From assembly GCA_050015395.1 (NCBI GenBank), contig JBEKBM010000019.1, forward strand, positions 1-60,265: a DNA stretch of 60,265 nucleotides. The letters run 5' to 3'. This document shows, piece after piece, positions 58,910-60,265 of this stretch (position 1 is the first letter of the stretch; every line of letters begins with the position of its first letter). The notes under the pieces were generated by a model. It did not search any database. It had not been told where the DNA came from and saw only the letters and a program-made list of their open reading frames with translations. This DNA is from Candidatus Bathyarchaeia archaeon (GTDB lineage Archaea > Thermoproteota > Bathyarchaeia > Bathyarchaeales > Bathycorpusculaceae). A program made the translations under genes and the position numbers.

Positions 58910-59689
58910 ATGAAGGTAGCGGTTTCTGGTAAAGGTGGCGTCGGCAAAACCCTGATTGCAGGCGGCTTAGCCCGTGGTTTTGTGGAACGTGGGTTAAAAA
59001 CTATTGCGATTGATGCAGATTCGTCTCCAAACCTCGGTTTAACTTTAGGCTTATCCACAGAGGAAACTCGCAAAATCGTTCCTATTTCAGAGAACAAAGC
59101 TCTTGTTGAATCTAAAACAAGCACGGGTTACTCGGGCGTTTACCGCTTACAATTCACCGTTGAAGACATAGTCCGCGATTACTCGGTTAGCACTCCGCTT
59201 GGCGTGAATTTGATTGTTATGGGGACGGTTCAGTCGATGGGTGCAGGATGCATGTGCGCGCCAAACGCTGTCATACGCGCTTTGCTTAGGCACCTAGTTG
59301 TGGAACGTGACGAGGTGGTTGTTTTGGATTTGGAGGCTGGCGTTGAGCATATTGGCAGAGGAACTGCCAGGCAAGTTGATGCATTACTTATTGTTGCAGA
59401 TTCCAATCTAAAATCTTTGGAAATTGCCAAGCACATACATGATATGGCTAAAGCCGCTGGGATGCAGCAGCTCTATCTCGTGGGAAACAGGGTTATGAAC
59501 GAGGTTCAGAGGGAAGCAATTAGCAGTTTTGCTGAAAAGAACGGTTTGTCCTTGCTGACTTTTGTGCCTTTTGACCAGAAAATTGTCGAAGCTGATATGG
59601 TTGGTGAAACGCCGCTTAAAAACAAGGAAATTGAAGCCGTTAAAACCATAGATGATATATGCGAGCTTTTGCTTAAGAAAACCGCATAA
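58910..59689 (+). CDS. cooC: CooC/AcsF nickel-insertion ATPase
   Basis: GKGGVGKT, IDAD..PNL, GCMC, DLEAG.EH..RGT. Confidence 0.93.
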   Translation: MKVAVSGKGGVGKTLIAGGLARGFVERGLKTIAIDADSSPNLGLTLGLSTEETRKIVPISENKALVESKTSTGYSGVYRLQFTVEDIVRDYSVSTPLGVNLIVMGTVQSMGAGCMCAPNAVIRALLRHLVVERDEVVVLDLEAGVEHIGRGTARQVDALLIVADSNLKSLEIAKHIHDMAKAAGMQQLYLVGNRVMNEVQREAISSFAEKNGLSLLTFVPFDQKIVEADMVGETPLKNKEIEAVKTIDDICELLLKKTA

Positions 59690-59708
59690 CAGTTTGAGGT
59701 TTATAAAA

Positions 59709-60265
59709 ATGAAAACTCTGGTAACGATTGGTCGTGGCGGGACAGGAAAATCCAGTTTCACTGCTCTAATGACTAAAGGCTTCATTGAGTCTGGGCAAGC
59801 GCCGTTGTTACTGGTTGATGCTGACCCTGACCAGAACCTTGCTGAAATGCTTGGAATAGACCTCAAAGAGGCTGGAAAATCAACCATTGCCGAGTTGCTT
59901 GTGAGCACGTTCATTGAGCAAGGAGGCACCACAGTCGGCGTTCCTCCAACGGAACGCATCGAAAGTAGGATTTGGGAAAATGGCTTGTTCGAAAGCAAAA
60001 ATTTCGACTTTCTTGCAGTCGGCACTAAGTGGGTTGAAGGCTGCTATTGTATGCCGAACTCTGCATTAAAAGGCGCGTTAGAATCGTTAACTAAGAATTA
60101 CAAGTATGTGCTTATTGACTCTCCAGCGGGGCTTGAAAACTTGAACAGGCGCATCGCGTCAAAGGTGAATGACGTTTTCGACATTCTTGACCACTCAAAG
60201 AAGAGCTTTGAACATGTCAAACGAGCGTACCGCATCGCCAAAGAAGTCAACATGGAATTTAACAA
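59709..60265 (+). CDS. cooC: Second CooC/AcsF ATPase, runs off the window end (not in ORF track)
   Basis: MKTLVTIGRGGTGKSSF, VDADPDQNL, EGCYC, DSPAGLENLNRR. Confidence 0.9.
   Translation, partial: MKTLVTIGRGGTGKSSFTALMTKGFIESGQAPLLLVDADPDQNLAEMLGIDLKEAGKSTIAELLVSTFIEQGGTTVGVPPTERIESRIWENGLFESKNFDFLAVGTKWVEGCYCMPNSALKGALESLTKNYKYVLIDSPAGLENLNRRIASKVNDVFDILDHSKKSFEHVKRAYRIAKEVNMEFN

Noticed and set aside
2168-60025. Numerous antisense or nested ORFs (e.g. 4782-5303, 18417-18938, 51817-52371, 57850-58443, 59408-60025)
   Set aside because: Shadows of well-supported genes on the other strand or frame
1-60265. CRISPR array, cas genes, reverse transcriptase/DGR, integrase, rRNA
   Set aside because: No regularly spaced repeat-spacer array and no corresponding protein or rRNA motifs were seen

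Overview
A 60 kb archaeal chromosome segment whose gene content and order point to Bathyarchaeia (TACK). The backbone is housekeeping: rpl44e-rps27e-aIF2alpha-nop10-PAC2, mcm/GINS, rfcL/rfcS, tyw1/trm5/trm112, rpoP, glmM, guaA, cysE/cysK, argS, two deoxyhypusine-synthase paralogues, an RLAN/ATP-grasp/GCS2 ligase cluster, F420 genes (cofE, cofC, frhB-like) and two cooC genes. An ~11 kb accessory island (~6.2-17.5 kb) separates rfcL from GINS-mcm. It holds a terminase remnant, a vapBC pair, and two divergent large PQQ-like beta-propeller surface-protein genes. Those two genes share a conserved 5'-leader hairpin and are each followed by a near-identical ~290-315 bp repeat containing a tRNA-Ser 3'-end fragment. 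This is the best candidate for an undescribed cassette-exchange system. Other notable items: a 274 bp non-coding IS200/IS605 mini-element (possible omegaRNA), an internally deleted aIF2alpha, a probably inactive UDP-sugar dehydrogenase, an MBL hydrolase broken by a 10 bp tandem duplication, and a decayed vapBC near tRNA-Leu(GAG). All calls come from reading the sequence; no database searches were run.
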